64,000 nucleotides of DNA. It comes from Hyaloraphidium curvatum SAG 235-1 (Eukaryota; Fungi; Monoblepharomycota). Every line of letters begins with the position of its first letter. Positions within the stretch are counted from its first letter, which is position 1. The translations under genes and the position numbers were made by a program. The notes below the pieces were generated by a model, which had not been told where the DNA came from, ran no database searches, and saw only the letters and a program-made list of their open reading frames with translations. Shown here in pieces: positions 22,422 to 34,078 of the stretch. Location of the stretch: contig JAIVFI010000040.1 of the NCBI GenBank assembly GCA_025558095.1, positions 186,001 to 250,000 of the forward strand, read 5' to 3'.

Positions 22422-24304
22422 TCACGCCTTGACCTCCCGCAGAGTCACCATGACCTGCGACGGTTTCGTCGTTCCGGTGTATCTAAAGTCCCTGTCAAAA
22501 CCTGTCCCTCGCGACACAGGACGTGGCACTCACTGCTCGAAAAAGTTGCACGGGACGTGCTGGATGTCGTACTTGCGCACGATCGAAGCGATGCAGAGTC
22601 GTGCCTCTGCCAGCGCGAGCCGTTCACCGAGGCAGCGGCGCGCGCCGTTCCCGAACGGCGCTGAGGGCCCGTCAGCAATGCCGATCCCAACGGCGGCCGA
22701 CGCAATCCCACCGTAGGCAAAGAGGCCGGCCTTCGTGTCGCCGCTCGTCGAGTCCTCGTAGAACCTCTCGGGCAACCATTGCATCGGATTCCGCACCCTG
22801 GGCAAATCAGTCAGGTTCGTCCAGGGGACCTGACGAACGGTTCTCACCAGTAGGCGGGATTGTTCTGGATTCCCCAAAGATACGTGCTGACTTGATCTCC
22901 CTTGCGGAACTTGATAAGCCGCTCCTGGCCGTCGATCCCAGTGTACTTGAAGTCGAAATCCTCGAAAACGTACCGCCCCGCGCCGATCGGCGCCGACGGG
23001 TACCGCCGCAGGGTCTCCTTGATGCACGCGTTGAGCACCTTGCATTTTTCCAGCACTTCCAGGTTGGACAGCTCGCCGGGGCAGACCTCGTTGACCTCGG
23101 CGCGGATCTGGGCCTGCAGGTCGGGCCGCTGCGAGAGCTCGTAGGTCATGAATCCCAGCAGCGCGGCCGTCGTGTCGTGGCTGGAACGCAGGTGAGCAAA
23201 CCATGGAAGCGACGGGCTTGCGAAGAGGCCCACCCGGCGAAGAGGATGCTCATCAGCGCGCTCCGCATGCTCTGCTCCGTGATGAGCGGCGACACCTTCT
23301 CGGACTTGAAAATCGCCACGGCGTCGTCCATGATCGCCGACCTGACCTCCCCCCTGTCCACCCGCTCGCGCTCGCGCTGCACCAGGCCCCACATCACGTT
23401 GCCGTCCTCCCTCCACTTGGACACCACCCCGGGGATCAGCTTCCAAGTCCACTTGCCGAAGAAGGCCTTGAGGAAGCCCATGATGGTCGCCTGCACGAGC
23501 CAGCTATCGAAGTGGGACGAGTACTTTGCGCCCTCCTCGGTCGTCTGCGCGCCGATCTCGGAGCCAAAGACGAGGCGGGTGATGGTGTCGAAGGTGAAGC
23601 GGTGGAAGAAGGGGTAGATGTCGAAGCCGTCCGGGTGGGCCGCGGCGGCCTTGCCGAGCTGGTCCACGAGCACGGAGCGGAGGTCCAGCAGGATCGGGGT
23701 GTACTTGCGCACGTTGACCGTGCTGAAGGTGCGGTCGAACATGGCCCTGTGGTCGTGCCAGCTCTGGTCGTTCTGGGCCAGGATGATGCCCTCGGCGTAC
23801 TGGGAAACGTATGGAGCAGTTCAGCACGCAAGCACGCAGGAGCGACCTCGGAACGCCCACGGGAAGCGCCGGCTCCGCGTTCGGCCCCGCCCTGCCCCAT
23901 TTCTTCCACGACGTGCCCACGTAGATCTCCTTCAACAGCAAGGGATCGCCGACGACGATCTCCCTCATGGACGGCCGGATCAGGTTCACGCTCCGGAACA
24001 CGGGCCCGCGCTGCTTGATCCCCTCCATCGCCAGCGTGTGCGCGCTCGCCAGCTTCTCCCGCGGGGTCGTCAGGAACGGGACAAAGGTAACGGTGGGGAT
24101 GTCGTCCGATACGTCGATGAAGAGTTTGCTGGGGCGGGAGGGCGGGCGTCGGAAAGGCGCGGAGGCAGGAACGGGGAGGCGAGAACGGGTCAGGGCGGTG
24201 CCGGGGCGGCGGCAGCGGCGTAGACCGCACAAGTACAGGAGCTTCAGAAGATAGAGCGCGGCGGCCACCGCCGCCGCGGAGAACAGCGCCGACGTCAGGT
24301 CCAT
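22422..24304 (-). CDS. Cytochrome P450
   Basis: N-terminal TM anchor; I-helix FAG|HDTT; K-helix KETLR; PERF; heme motif PFGNGARRCLG; about 5 introns. Confidence 0.96.
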
Positions 24305-24541
24305 TTCGATGTTGGGAGACGCCCGGTGCGGCGGAAGAACGCGGGCGGTGAGGCTAAAGTCGATCGATCACCTCCTTTCGCTCGCCGAAACTCGGTCTCT
24401 CCAGGACGGCAGGACCGACGCCTTCCACGTCGGTCCGTTTAGCTCGATGAGCAGGGCGAGCGGATCCTATTGCATCTGACGCGGCCCGTCACACCCTTCC
24501 AAGATCGCGACGCCTCCCGATCGGCCACCCAGAAGCATCTC

Positions 24542-26989
24542 CTAGTCATAGAACCCCTCCTCCTCCCTCTCCCACCTGTGCCCCTCGTCCCCCACCGCAA
24601 ACAGCACCTTGTCCCACCCCCCCGGCGCCCCCACCAACGCACCGAGCGCCAGCGTCCCCCCCACGCTGTCGACGACCATCTGCCTCCCCGTCGCCCCGCC
24701 GCGCTTGGCGACCGCCAAAGGAAGCCACGGCCCCGCGGCACGGGTGGCGGCGAGCAGCCGGAGGAGGCGGGCGAGGTCCCGCGAGGCGGGGGGGCGCAGC
24801 AGGGGCCGGAGGAGCTGCGGGAAGCCGAGGATGGTGTGCGCCACGTGGCGCGTGGGGAGGTCGAGCCCCGCGACGTCGGCGGCGGGGGTGAGCGCGAGGG
24901 AGGGCACGATCCACTGCATCGACCGCAGCAGCGCGTCCGAGCGGAGGTCGGGGTGGAGCTCCCACGTCGCCGAGAGGAGCACGGCGGCGAGGCACGCGGC
25001 GGCGGGGTTGCCCCGCCAGGCGTCGCACAGGGCGATGCGCTGCCCCATGGCGGGGGTCACCCCGGGCGGTAGGGAGAGCGGGGTGCCGCGTGCGGGGGCG
25101 GGAGCGCGCGGGTCGGCGGGGGTGTGGCGGAGGAGCTCGTCGAGGAGGAGGTGGAATGCGCCGTCCGGTGTCGGGTGGCCCGGCAGCGGGCCGAGGAGGA
25201 GGCCCACGGCGACGGCGGCCCACCCGTCGGCGTCGGCGAACGCGCCGCGCCAGCCGTCGTCCTCGTCCAGCGCGGCCTCGAGGAGGGAGAGCGCGGCGGG
25301 GGGGAAGTCGCCGGTGCGGAAGAGGGCGCACGCGGCGGCGCACCACGGGCCGCGCATGTCGGTGGCTTCCTCCTCGTCGACGAGGAAGGACGCCAGCGAT
25401 TCGACGGCGGCGCGCACGACGGGGCCACCGAGGGCACCGCGGCGGCCGGCGCGGTGGGCGTCGGTCCGCTCGGCGAGGAAGGCGGCCACGGCAAGGTACG
25501 CCTCCGAAAGGGTCCGGCGGAGGGGGAGGAGCATGTCGGGTTCCATTTCGAGGGTGAAGAGGGGGGCGATCAGGAGGGGGAGAAGGTGCAGGAGGCCCGG
25601 CAGCTCCGGATCCGAAGTGTCGGGCCCGGGCGGTGAGGCTTCTACGCCGGCTTCGAAGGCGCCTCCGTTGGCCTCCCTCCCAGGCGCCCCCTCGCCGCCC
25701 GGCGGTCCTCCCGACGGTCCGCCGTCCACTTCCCCTCCCTTCTCCGAGTCCAACTCCATCCTCTCCACGCCCTCGATCCCCTCCTCCAGCTCCAACCCGA
25801 CCCTGATCTCGGCCCCGACGACGCCCAGCGCCACCGCCAGCGCCTTCGGCCCGCTCGGCACCCCCTCCCCCGCCTCCCCCTCCTTCCACTCCCAGAACTC
25901 CGCGCCGTACACCTCGCACGCGACGGCCAGCACCCTCCACGTGGCCGTCGACTCGTCGCCCCCCGCTCTGCGCCGCCGCGAGCGGAGCAAAAGACGGGCG
26001 GCGAGCTCCCGCAGGGCCGGGAGCAGCGCGGGGTGCGGCGCGCGGAGGAAGGTGAGGAGGGCGGGGACGACGGGGAGGAGGGGGGCGGGGGAGGGCGTGC
26101 GGAGGAGGGAGGCGAGCGGGGGCAGGAGGGCGAGGAGGATGGGCACGGCGGGGTCCTCACCGAGGGGAGCGGGGGAACGAACGGCAGCACCCGGTTCCGA
26201 TGTCCGGTGGGAGGCGAGGAGCAGCGCGCGGACGAGCAGGTCCGCGGCTGCGAGGGCCGGGCGCGCGTCTCGCCGGGGCAGCGCGGCTGCGGCTGCGAGC
26301 GCCGGCGCGGAGGCCAGCACGGCGTCCAGCGCGGCGGGAACCGCGGGCAGCATGTCTGCAAGCGCGGCGGCGGCCATCTGCGCGGTCGTTTCGCCGTCGG
26401 CGGGCGCGAGACCGGGGTCGGCGGCGGTGCCGTTGGCCGCGGCGGGCCTGCTGGCCCCCTGTTCTGCCTCCTCGTCGTCCGAATCGCCCTCCGGCCCGTC
26501 CTTTCCCTCCTGCGGAACCTCCCTGCCCTTCCCCTTGGCGTCCGCCTCGGGCCCCTTTGGCAGATCACGACCGTCTCCCGCCGCGCCGTCCAGCGCCCCG
26601 CGCAGCAGCCCCACCAGCGGCCTCGCCAGCGCGGCGAAGCCGTCCGGCGCGTCTGCCGCGAGCGGTGCCAGCTGCCGCGCCACCGCGGCGCCCACGCTCG
26701 CCAGCTCCGCGGGGGGCGGCCCATCGTGGGGCGCAGACCGCGCCGCGCCCGCAGACACGAGCCGCCGCAGGAACGCAAAGTCCATCGCCCTCAGCGTCCG
26801 CCGCAGTCCGTCGGCGTCGTCCGGCGACAGCAGCCGCGGCAGCAGCAGCAGCGCGGCGAACTTGGCCTCGTCCGTCGGCGCACCCAGGAGCGCCAGCGCG
26901 CGCCCCAGGCCGTCCGCTGCCGGGCTGCCGCGCCCGCCCTCGCGCGGGCCGCTATCGGGGGCAGCAGATCCGCCGGATATTGCTGGCAT
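24542..26989 (-). CDS. Neurochondrin-family (ARM-like) protein
   Basis: N-terminal LLGAPTDEAKFAALLLLPRLL...MDFAFLRRL; AEIRVGLE; LRRTLSEAYLAVAAFL; 815-aa open frame. Confidence 0.75.
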   Translation of the reverse strand: MPAISGGSAAPDSGPREGGRGSPAADGLGRALALLGAPTDEAKFAALLLLPRLLSPDDADGLRRTLRAMDFAFLRRLVSAGAARSAPHDGPPPAELASVGAAVARQLAPLAADAPDGFAALARPLVGLLRGALDGAAGDGRDLPKGPEADAKGKGREVPQEGKDGPEGDSDDEEAEQGASRPAAANGTAADPGLAPADGETTAQMAAAALADMLPAVPAALDAVLASAPALAAAAALPRRDARPALAAADLLVRALLLASHRTSEPGAAVRSPAPLGEDPAVPILLALLPPLASLLRTPSPAPLLPVVPALLTFLRAPHPALLPALRELAARLLLRSRRRRAGGDESTATWRVLAVACEVYGAEFWEWKEGEAGEGVPSGPKALAVALGVVGAEIRVGLELEEGIEGVERMELDSEKGGEVDGGPSGGPPGGEGAPGREANGGAFEAGVEASPPGPDTSDPELPGLLHLLPLLIAPLFTLEMEPDMLLPLRRTLSEAYLAVAAFLAERTDAHRAGRRGALGGPVVRAAVESLASFLVDEEEATDMRGPWCAAACALFRTGDFPPAALSLLEAALDEDDGWRGAFADADGWAAVAVGLLLGPLPGHPTPDGAFHLLLDELLRHTPADPRAPAPARGTPLSLPPGVTPAMGQRIALCDAWRGNPAAACLAAVLLSATWELHPDLRSDALLRSMQWIVPSLALTPAADVAGLDLPTRHVAHTILGFPQLLRPLLRPPASRDLARLLRLLAATRAAGPWLPLAVAKRGGATGRQMVVDSVGGTLALGALVGAPGGWDKVLFAVGDEGHRWEREEEGFYD

Positions 26990-27225
26990 CGGGGCTTGCG
27001 GGGGAAGGGGGATTCGAAGGGCTCGGCGTTTCCGGCCGCTCCGTCGATCACCGACCGCGGATCGTCGGCACTCGATCTCCGGCGTGGCGGAGGAGCAAAG
27101 CCCGGAGATCCCACTGATGGTACGCCTTGCGGCGACGTTCGATTATGCATAGAGCTACAGCGACCGGCTCCGACCGAAGGCGAACACATGTCTAATCCGC
27201 GACCAGCACTTGGTGCCCCTCAAAG

Positions 27226-28366
27226 CTACGCCCCGATCCGGTCCAACCAATCTCCGATCACCTCCGCCGTCCTCTCCTCCTGGTCGAGGTACGTGAACGC
27301 GTACGAATCCGCCATCTCGACGATCTCGGCCTCGCTCTTCCCGTCCCTCTCGAACTCGGCCTTGAGCCTGTCGACGAATTTCCGCGGGAACACCGACGTG
27401 TCCTCGGGCGCCGTGACCAGCAGCACCGGCCTCCCGAACCCCGGAAAAGTCTTTGCCGCGGCGATCGTGTACTCCTTGAACGCCTTGGGCGGCGAGATGG
27501 CCTTCTTCAGGTCGCGCGCGATCGCGGGGTCGTCGCAGGGCACCGTGAGCAGCTTTTCCGCGACCTGGGGGCGCTTGGAGAGCCAGCCGAGCATCGCGGG
27601 CGAGCGCTGGAACCACGGGCGGCGGCCGAGGGAGAGGACGGCGCGGAGGTGCCATGTGCCGGGGGTGGCGGCGAGGAGGGAGATGAGGGGGTTGAAGAGC
27701 GGGGGGAAGAAGTCTGGAGGGGGTGCAGATGAGCGATGCGAGTGATGGATGAGCTGCCAGGCAGGGAAGACCCACTCTCGAAGGAGTCGCAGGGGAGCAG
27801 CACGAGCCCCTTGAGCATCTCCTTGTTCTTCGAAGCAAAGACTTGCGCGATCGCGCCGCCGGTGTCGCTTCCCACCTGCCAGCGCCCGAACACAAGCAAT
27901 TTAGCTCCCTCCAGTCCTTCGGGACGGAGCAGCTCGACCCACCAGGACGAACTCCTCCCCCTGCAGCGCCTCCCCCGCGATGCCCCTGACGATGTCCGCC
28001 ACCCCCTCGGGATCCAGCCTGGCGTCCGGGTCAAGCGGCGCCCTGTGCCGTCCGAACGGCAGATCGGCGAGCACGCAGCGGTGACCGCGCTCGGCCAGCC
28101 GCGAGGCCAGCGGGACGAACAGGTCGGCGTTGGTCAGGATGGGCTGCCAATCGGAGTCAGCGCGCGTGCGACGGGGACACGCCGGGACGGCGTACGTGGA
28201 TGAAGAGGAGCGGGGTGCGCGGCGCACTGGCGCCAGAGGCCGGGATGTCGATGAAGCTCGCGGGCCCGGAACCGGGGAGGCGGAAGGTGCGGAGGGCCGG
28301 GGCGGGGGGCATCGCGGGGCGGGCGCGCGCGGCGGTGGAGAAGAGGCGCGGAGAGAGGCGGAGCAT
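27226..28366 (-). CDS. Alpha/beta hydrolase with Asp nucleophile (epoxide hydrolase/dehalogenase-like) and mitochondrial-type presequence
   Basis: LFIH|PILTNADLF; DLPFGRHRAPLDPDARL; VGSDTGGAIAQ; LVLLPCDSFE; C-terminal DSYAFTYLDQ. Confidence 0.85.
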
Positions 28367-28835
28367 CCGTCGGTGCGGGTCGGCATGGCGGGGAGGTGGC
28401 CTTTTGTGCGGCGGGAGGACGGCGGCGGAACGGGATTTGTGGCGGGTTACTCCGCTCGGCGATGGAGTAACCGCCGAAGCCTGCGATCCGCGGCGCCATG
28501 GCCCGATAAATGCCCGAGCATAGCGCCATGATGCAAACGAGGTGCGCCAGTGATAGCGCGGCTGCGGATTCGCTGAGGAGGGGGAAGCGGCAGCGCGCTC
28601 CACGTCCACCCGCGCCCAGCCACCAACTCCGCAGCGCGGTCGAGTTATGCTGCGGCTCGATCACGACTTGAGAGCTTGTAGACGGATATGGAGATCTATG
28701 CTCATGGCGACTACACAGTGTCCGACTATCCCGGGCTGCAGCCTGTGGCGAGTTGAGCGAGTGCGCCCCGTCGACGGCCGGCACGCTCCGTCGACTACGT
28801 CGCGTCGTCCCCCAACACGATTGTCGCGCGTTATC

Positions 28836-30413
28836 ATGGCGAACGAACGTCGTAGCAGCCTTCCGATGGCGGAAGAACGATTTCCCACCTTGCCTCCGTC
28901 GTTTGACGCGGAGCTTAGCTCTCTGGGACGCCGCAGAACACGGCCGGTTTCCTCGGACGGGGAGACGGCCCTCGACTTCCTCCCTGAAGAATGGCTCGCA
29001 CTTTTTCCGGCACCGACGCCGCCCATGTTGTACTTTGCGGACGACGAGGAGGAGCGACCCGATGACGCGTCACACGCGGCGGACCCGCTGACGCCGGACA
29101 GCATTCTGCGGGACTTCAGCGGTATCGGAAAGGTGGCAATCTGGCCCGCCCTTCGCCTTCGCTATACGTTGCCGGGCTCGACGATCGCGTGGTTGTCCGG
29201 GATCACTGGCATTGCCACCGTCGGCCTCCTTGGCTTGGCAGTCAACCCTGCCGGAAGTCAGTTCGATGCCAAAGATGTCGCACTGGGAATCACCGCGGCT
29301 GCCGTCGTGTCCTTCTTCTTTGCGGGCCTATGGGCTCTCGCGGCACCCGGGATGGGGTTGAACTACCTGCGGAAAGGCTTGCTCGAGTACTCTGGAGCAG
29401 GCGCACTTTGCCGATGGCTTCGGCTCACGCGGGCCTGCGAAGCAACCGTGAATCCCGTGGCTGGAGCTCTCGTGCAGCATAAGGCTGGAGACGGCTCGTG
29501 CCCATGCCCCTCGTGCTGCGAGCAAACACAGACCACGTGGGGCCTGCTGTCTCTTCTTGATCTGGTGGTCAATCTGCTCATCACATATGGTTGCACTGTT
29601 TTCCAAGTCTACACGCCTCTTGTGACGTACGGGCCCGTAATCTGGTCCCTGTGGTACGGTGCTTTTCTTGGGGCGGTGTGGACACTCGGCTTTGTCTGGT
29701 ACACAGACGTCGCATTCCCGCGACCCTTTCAGATAAGGAACATCGCCCTTTCAGCTTTAGAAAGGCGGCTGCACTGTCGTGCGATCAAGCTGGCCAGCGA
29801 CGACCTCCTCACCCAGTTCCGCCGGGCAGCCTCCGATGAAGCTCCACTCCACAGGCGCATTCCTGGCTTTACGTCAGGCTCCATTACCGTTTTGCGGCCA
29901 TGTGCCAGTTTCGTCAGATGCAGGATTCGGCATTCATCTCTCGCCTGTATGCGTTGGTGGGTGCTCCCATCCTGATCCTGTTTACCGCACTCTTTGCGGT
30001 GAGTTGAGTCGTTGCAAGGATGCGGAAAAAGCTAACCGTGAGAACCGTGCAGTTGGTCGGCCGGTGCATTGCTGCATGGCAGCTGTTCCTCTTGGCCCAC
30101 ATGGCCGTTTACTTCGTCGTCAATGCCGTGAACCTCGCCTCTCGAAACGACCTCATCGATGCCGTTTCTGCTATCTACCGCGAGGCGCAGCGAGAAATCC
30201 GCGCTTGCGGATGAATTCGTGCTGCACGACAGAACTGTGGCATCCTTTCTCGATATCTCGCACTACCGTGCCAAGCTTTTCGGATTTGTTGTGACCTTTG
30301 GCACAGTGCGGACGATGTTGGTGACAGGCTTGACTGTCGGCGTTGCTCTCTGGACGGTGCTGCGCGCCTTCGGAGTGATGGTGACACCGGAGAGCTTCTG
30401 CCCAGCTGTCTGA
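28836..30413 (+). pseudogene. Multi-pass membrane protein with two frameshifts (~29845 and ~30200)
   Basis: About 7 hydrophobic segments spread over changing frames; only one real intron (29999-30052); C-terminus YRAKLFGFVVTFGTVRTMLVTGLTVGVALWTVL. Confidence 0.65.
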
Positions 30414-30995
30414 GGAACTCCGCCTGAGGACAGCTTCACATTGTGTGACGTCAATCTGAGGTCTCCAAGCGTGTGAATATCTGCCGGCTCTTAACGCTGC
30501 TGTCTATGCTACCGAGATGTGGGGAGCACCCCGGACGCCGACCTTCGACCGCATTCCCAGGCCTTCGAATGCCAAAGTCGCCCCCTCCATTGGTCGTTCC
30601 GAGCCCCAAGCTCGGGCGCCAAAGGCGCTTCGAAAGCCGAACAAGTCCGGGCGGGAGCTGTACGCCTCGGCGGTCTCGGAGCTCCTGACAATTGGCAGCC
30701 CGCCTCGCGCTGGCACGCGGACTTGATCCGCGCCTTTGTGGCCGAGGACCTGAGGGGCAAGTGGATGGAATTCGTCCTCGACTATGCGATCGTAAGGACG
30801 GTGGCCGGCACGCTCTTTAAGATCGTAATGGCCCGTACTCCATCTTCAGGGGAATTGGCGTCCTGAGCACGGTGTGCCCCGGGTGAGGTAGACCTAGGAT
30901 ACGGTCTGGGTGCATGTAGCCGACATATTCAAGAATGCATTCACACTGGCATCACACACGGCTGTAAAGTACAGCACGACTTTTTCCACCCGGCT

Positions 30996-31875
30996 TCACG
31001 CCGCCACCCCCACCTCCTCCCCTCCTTTCTCCACCTTCGACGCCTTTCCCTTCCCCCCCTTCTTGGACCCCTTGAGCGCCCTCTCCAGCCCCGCGACGGT
31101 GTGCGGCATCTCCTTCTTCCCCGCGCGGGCAAACTCGAGCCTCAGCAGGGCCTCCTTACGGAGCAGGTTGGCCCTGTTGGACGCGTCGGGCGGGCCGGCG
31201 TAGCCGCCCATGTGGCTTGCAGCAACGACCCTGTGCGAAGATGGGGGTGGTAAGCGTGGTCGACGCCAGGCAACGGGGCGAGGTGTTACCGGTGGCAAGG
31301 GACGACGATGGCGACCGGGTTGCGGTTGTTGGCCTGCCCGACCTGCGGACGAATCAGATGCCGGCCCACTTCCGGCGGAGGCGGAGACCCACGGATCGCG
31401 CGGCGGCCCTCCCGCACAGGCCCAGCTTCTCGGCGAGCTGGCCGTACGTCCACGCCTCGCCCTCGGGGATGGTGCAGAGGCCCCGCCACACCTGGGCACG
31501 AGACACACGTTAGATGGTCTAAAAGCGTCCAACAAGTGGACTGAAGACCTTCTTGTCGGTCTCCGAGCCGTGCAGGTCGAGCTCGACGGCGTCGGACAGC
31601 TCCCCCTTCCGCGGGGCGGCGGGGTCGAAGAACTCGCCCAGCGCCCGCTCCAGCGCGTCGAGGTGCGCGCCGGCGGGCGAGCCGGAGCCCTTTGCGGGCG
31701 CCGGGGCCGGCATCCCGTGCTTCTTTGCGAACTTCTCCAGTGCGGCAGCGGACGCCGGCGCGTCGCCGAAGCGGAGGAACGCGATGCCCGCCGGAGTGGC
31801 CGCCGCGAGCACCGGGCCGACGGCCTTGGCGGCCGACGAGGGGGCGTCGATCGTGAGGGTGCGGAAGACGAGCAT
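30996..31875 (-). CDS. MGT1: O6-methylguanine-DNA methyltransferase
   Basis: VWRGLCTIPEGEAWTYGQLA; VGQANNRNPVAIVVPCHR|VV; MGGY; KEALLRLE; 3 introns. Confidence 0.93.
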
Positions 31876-32600
31876 CGTGGCGGGGGAGACTTTGGAAGAT
31901 GCAATGGGACGGACGACCCAGGTTCACTCGCGAGGTTCTTCCGCTTTCAAACAGGGATCGATGAACGAATCCGCAATAGGCCGAGAGCGACGATGGTTGA
32001 TCAAAAGGGGTGAAAGGAAGCTGTGATTGCAATCCACGTTGTGGATTTGCGCTGCCCCTCGCTACTGATGGCCCGAGCGAAGTGCAGCCTTCTGTTTGCA
32101 CCGAGGAACGGACGACGCCAGATCCAATAGGTCGCACTGCAGTGGCCATATCTGTCTGCTATGAAGCTACAAGGTGAGACGTTTCCAAGTTAGTGCAGCG
32201 GGCGGCATTCGATTGATGTCGCGACGACCCGAAGAATCCCAGAAGATTCTGCGCAGGACCCTGGGAGACAGACGTCACCCGCGCCAGGCATGCCGCAAAA
32301 CCGGACGCATCTGCAGCACGGGAGAACAGCAGAGAGCCCGCGAAGCCGAAAAGATGGGAGTGGAAGCTCCTGGGGAGGCTCTCGCGACGTCAGCGTGCCG
32401 TTGCGCATGACACCATCTGCCTTACGTGGCGCGAAGGAAGCTCTGGAAAGTCGCGTCATACGCAGTAATGGAATCTTCCTTGGAACACTCCCGACCGCCT
32501 ATAAGGCGGCCGCTGCCTCCCTCCGAGCCATCGCTCACGTCGTCCGACTCGCTTCTACCGCCCCGCCATCGCTACTGCCGCCGCACCGCCCGCCGCAAAG

Positions 32601-33680
32601 ATGCCCGTCACGGAGCAGCAGCTGATCAAGCAGACCGACGACTGGCTTGCCGACGTCAACGCCCATCTCGGGAAGCCCAGCACTGGGCAAGACTTCTCGT
32701 GGTGCGTGGCGTCCGCCCGAATCAAGCCCTCAGGCCTGACGCTCTTCTGCCTTGTGGTCGCAGGGCCTGGAAGTGGGTCTCCGACCCCTCCACGTTTGTC
32801 TACGTCGTCAACTACGGCGGCTCCTTCATCGGGAAGGAAGAGGTTGAAGCAGCTGTGGAGCGGAGCGCCGCTGTCGGCCAGACGAGCACGCTCAAGACGC
32901 GCAAGGCCCACATCGGGGTGCTTCCGGGCCTCAACATCGTCAGCACGACCGGCACGATTGAGTTCGGCAGCGAGCTCGTCCCCGGGCTCGGTAAGACGGT
33001 GGATGTCTTCTCGTACCTGTGAGCCGATGGCCGCTTGCTGCTCTGCTTCCCTGGGCGTAACTGATGGGCCACATCGGCAGGTACTTCGACGACGACCTCA
33101 AGCTCCAGCGGGTGTCCGCCTTTGCCCCGCGGGACGTTGCGTACAGGTACCTCGAGGCCACCACCAAGGCGCACGGCGGGACGGTGTCCGACCCCAAGAC
33201 CGAGGAGGTCGCCCGCAAGACTCTGGAAGCAATCGGCAAGCCCGACGCCGTCGAAGTGCTCTTGGCGGGCCAGACCGAGGACGCGCAGTGGATCGAGAAC
33301 GCGCGCCTGATCGTGGGCAAGGACAACATCCGCCAAGCCCTACAGGGCTGGATCTCCGCCGGCCTCGACTCGGCCAAGCCCACCAACCTCTGGAGCGCTT
33401 CCGTGGGCCCGTCCGGCAAGCACAGTGTCGCATGGAGCACGAACCACTACAAGCTCGGCAAGGCACCCCAGGGCTTCCCCATCACGGGTAGGAGCCTCGT
33501 CTGCGCCAGTACTGCACGCCCTGACACAGCTCCTCAACCCCAGAGGTCCAAGGCGAATGGGCCCTTAGGGTGGATGCCCAAGGCAAGATCGCACGCGTCC
33601 TCGGCGTGGCTGGCACCCCCGAGCAGCTCGAGCAGTCGATCCAGATCTGGAAGGCGTTCACGGCCGCTCAGGCCGCCTGA
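32601..33680 (+). CDS. Uncharacterised protein, probably two tandem NTF2/SnoaL-like domains
   Basis: Two halves with FIGKEEVEAA / IVGKDNIRQA and terminal FDDDLKLQRV / VDAQGKIARV strands; strong codon bias; 3 introns. Confidence 0.6.
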
Positions 33681-34078
33681 GGAGGGGAAACGATGTAGGG
33701 TACCTTTGGGTTCTGATGTGGGTAGTTGAGGCGTCAAGAGAATGTGCAGTCATCGAGCCTTCACCGAATCGCGACCACCGACCCTCGGAGTCCTTCTCTC
33801 TTCTCTCGATGACGTGCAGTCACCGAGATCGGGCAACAGTTCACAGAATCGCGACCGCGGACCCCCGGAACCACATCCTTCCTTCTCGAAAATGAGTTTC
33901 CTGGCCACAGCGCGGTCATGCTGTGTTCGAGCGGCCGAGTGTGGCCGGTGGGTGAATCCCGGGAGTGAATCGGCGCCGCTCCCGCTCCCGCTCCGCACTC
34001 AATCTCCCGCCGCTCCATAAGAGGGGACACGACCGTCTCCGCTCTTTAGACACCCGCTCCGCGCTCTCCTGTCCTGCA

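Noticed and set aside
24546-27745. Very long overlapping ORFs (847, 570 and 464 aa)
   Set aside because: Antisense or off-frame shadows of the neurochondrin and hydrolase genes in very high-GC DNA
30473-30866. Possible F-box-like gene relic
   Set aside because: Too fragmentary to support a model
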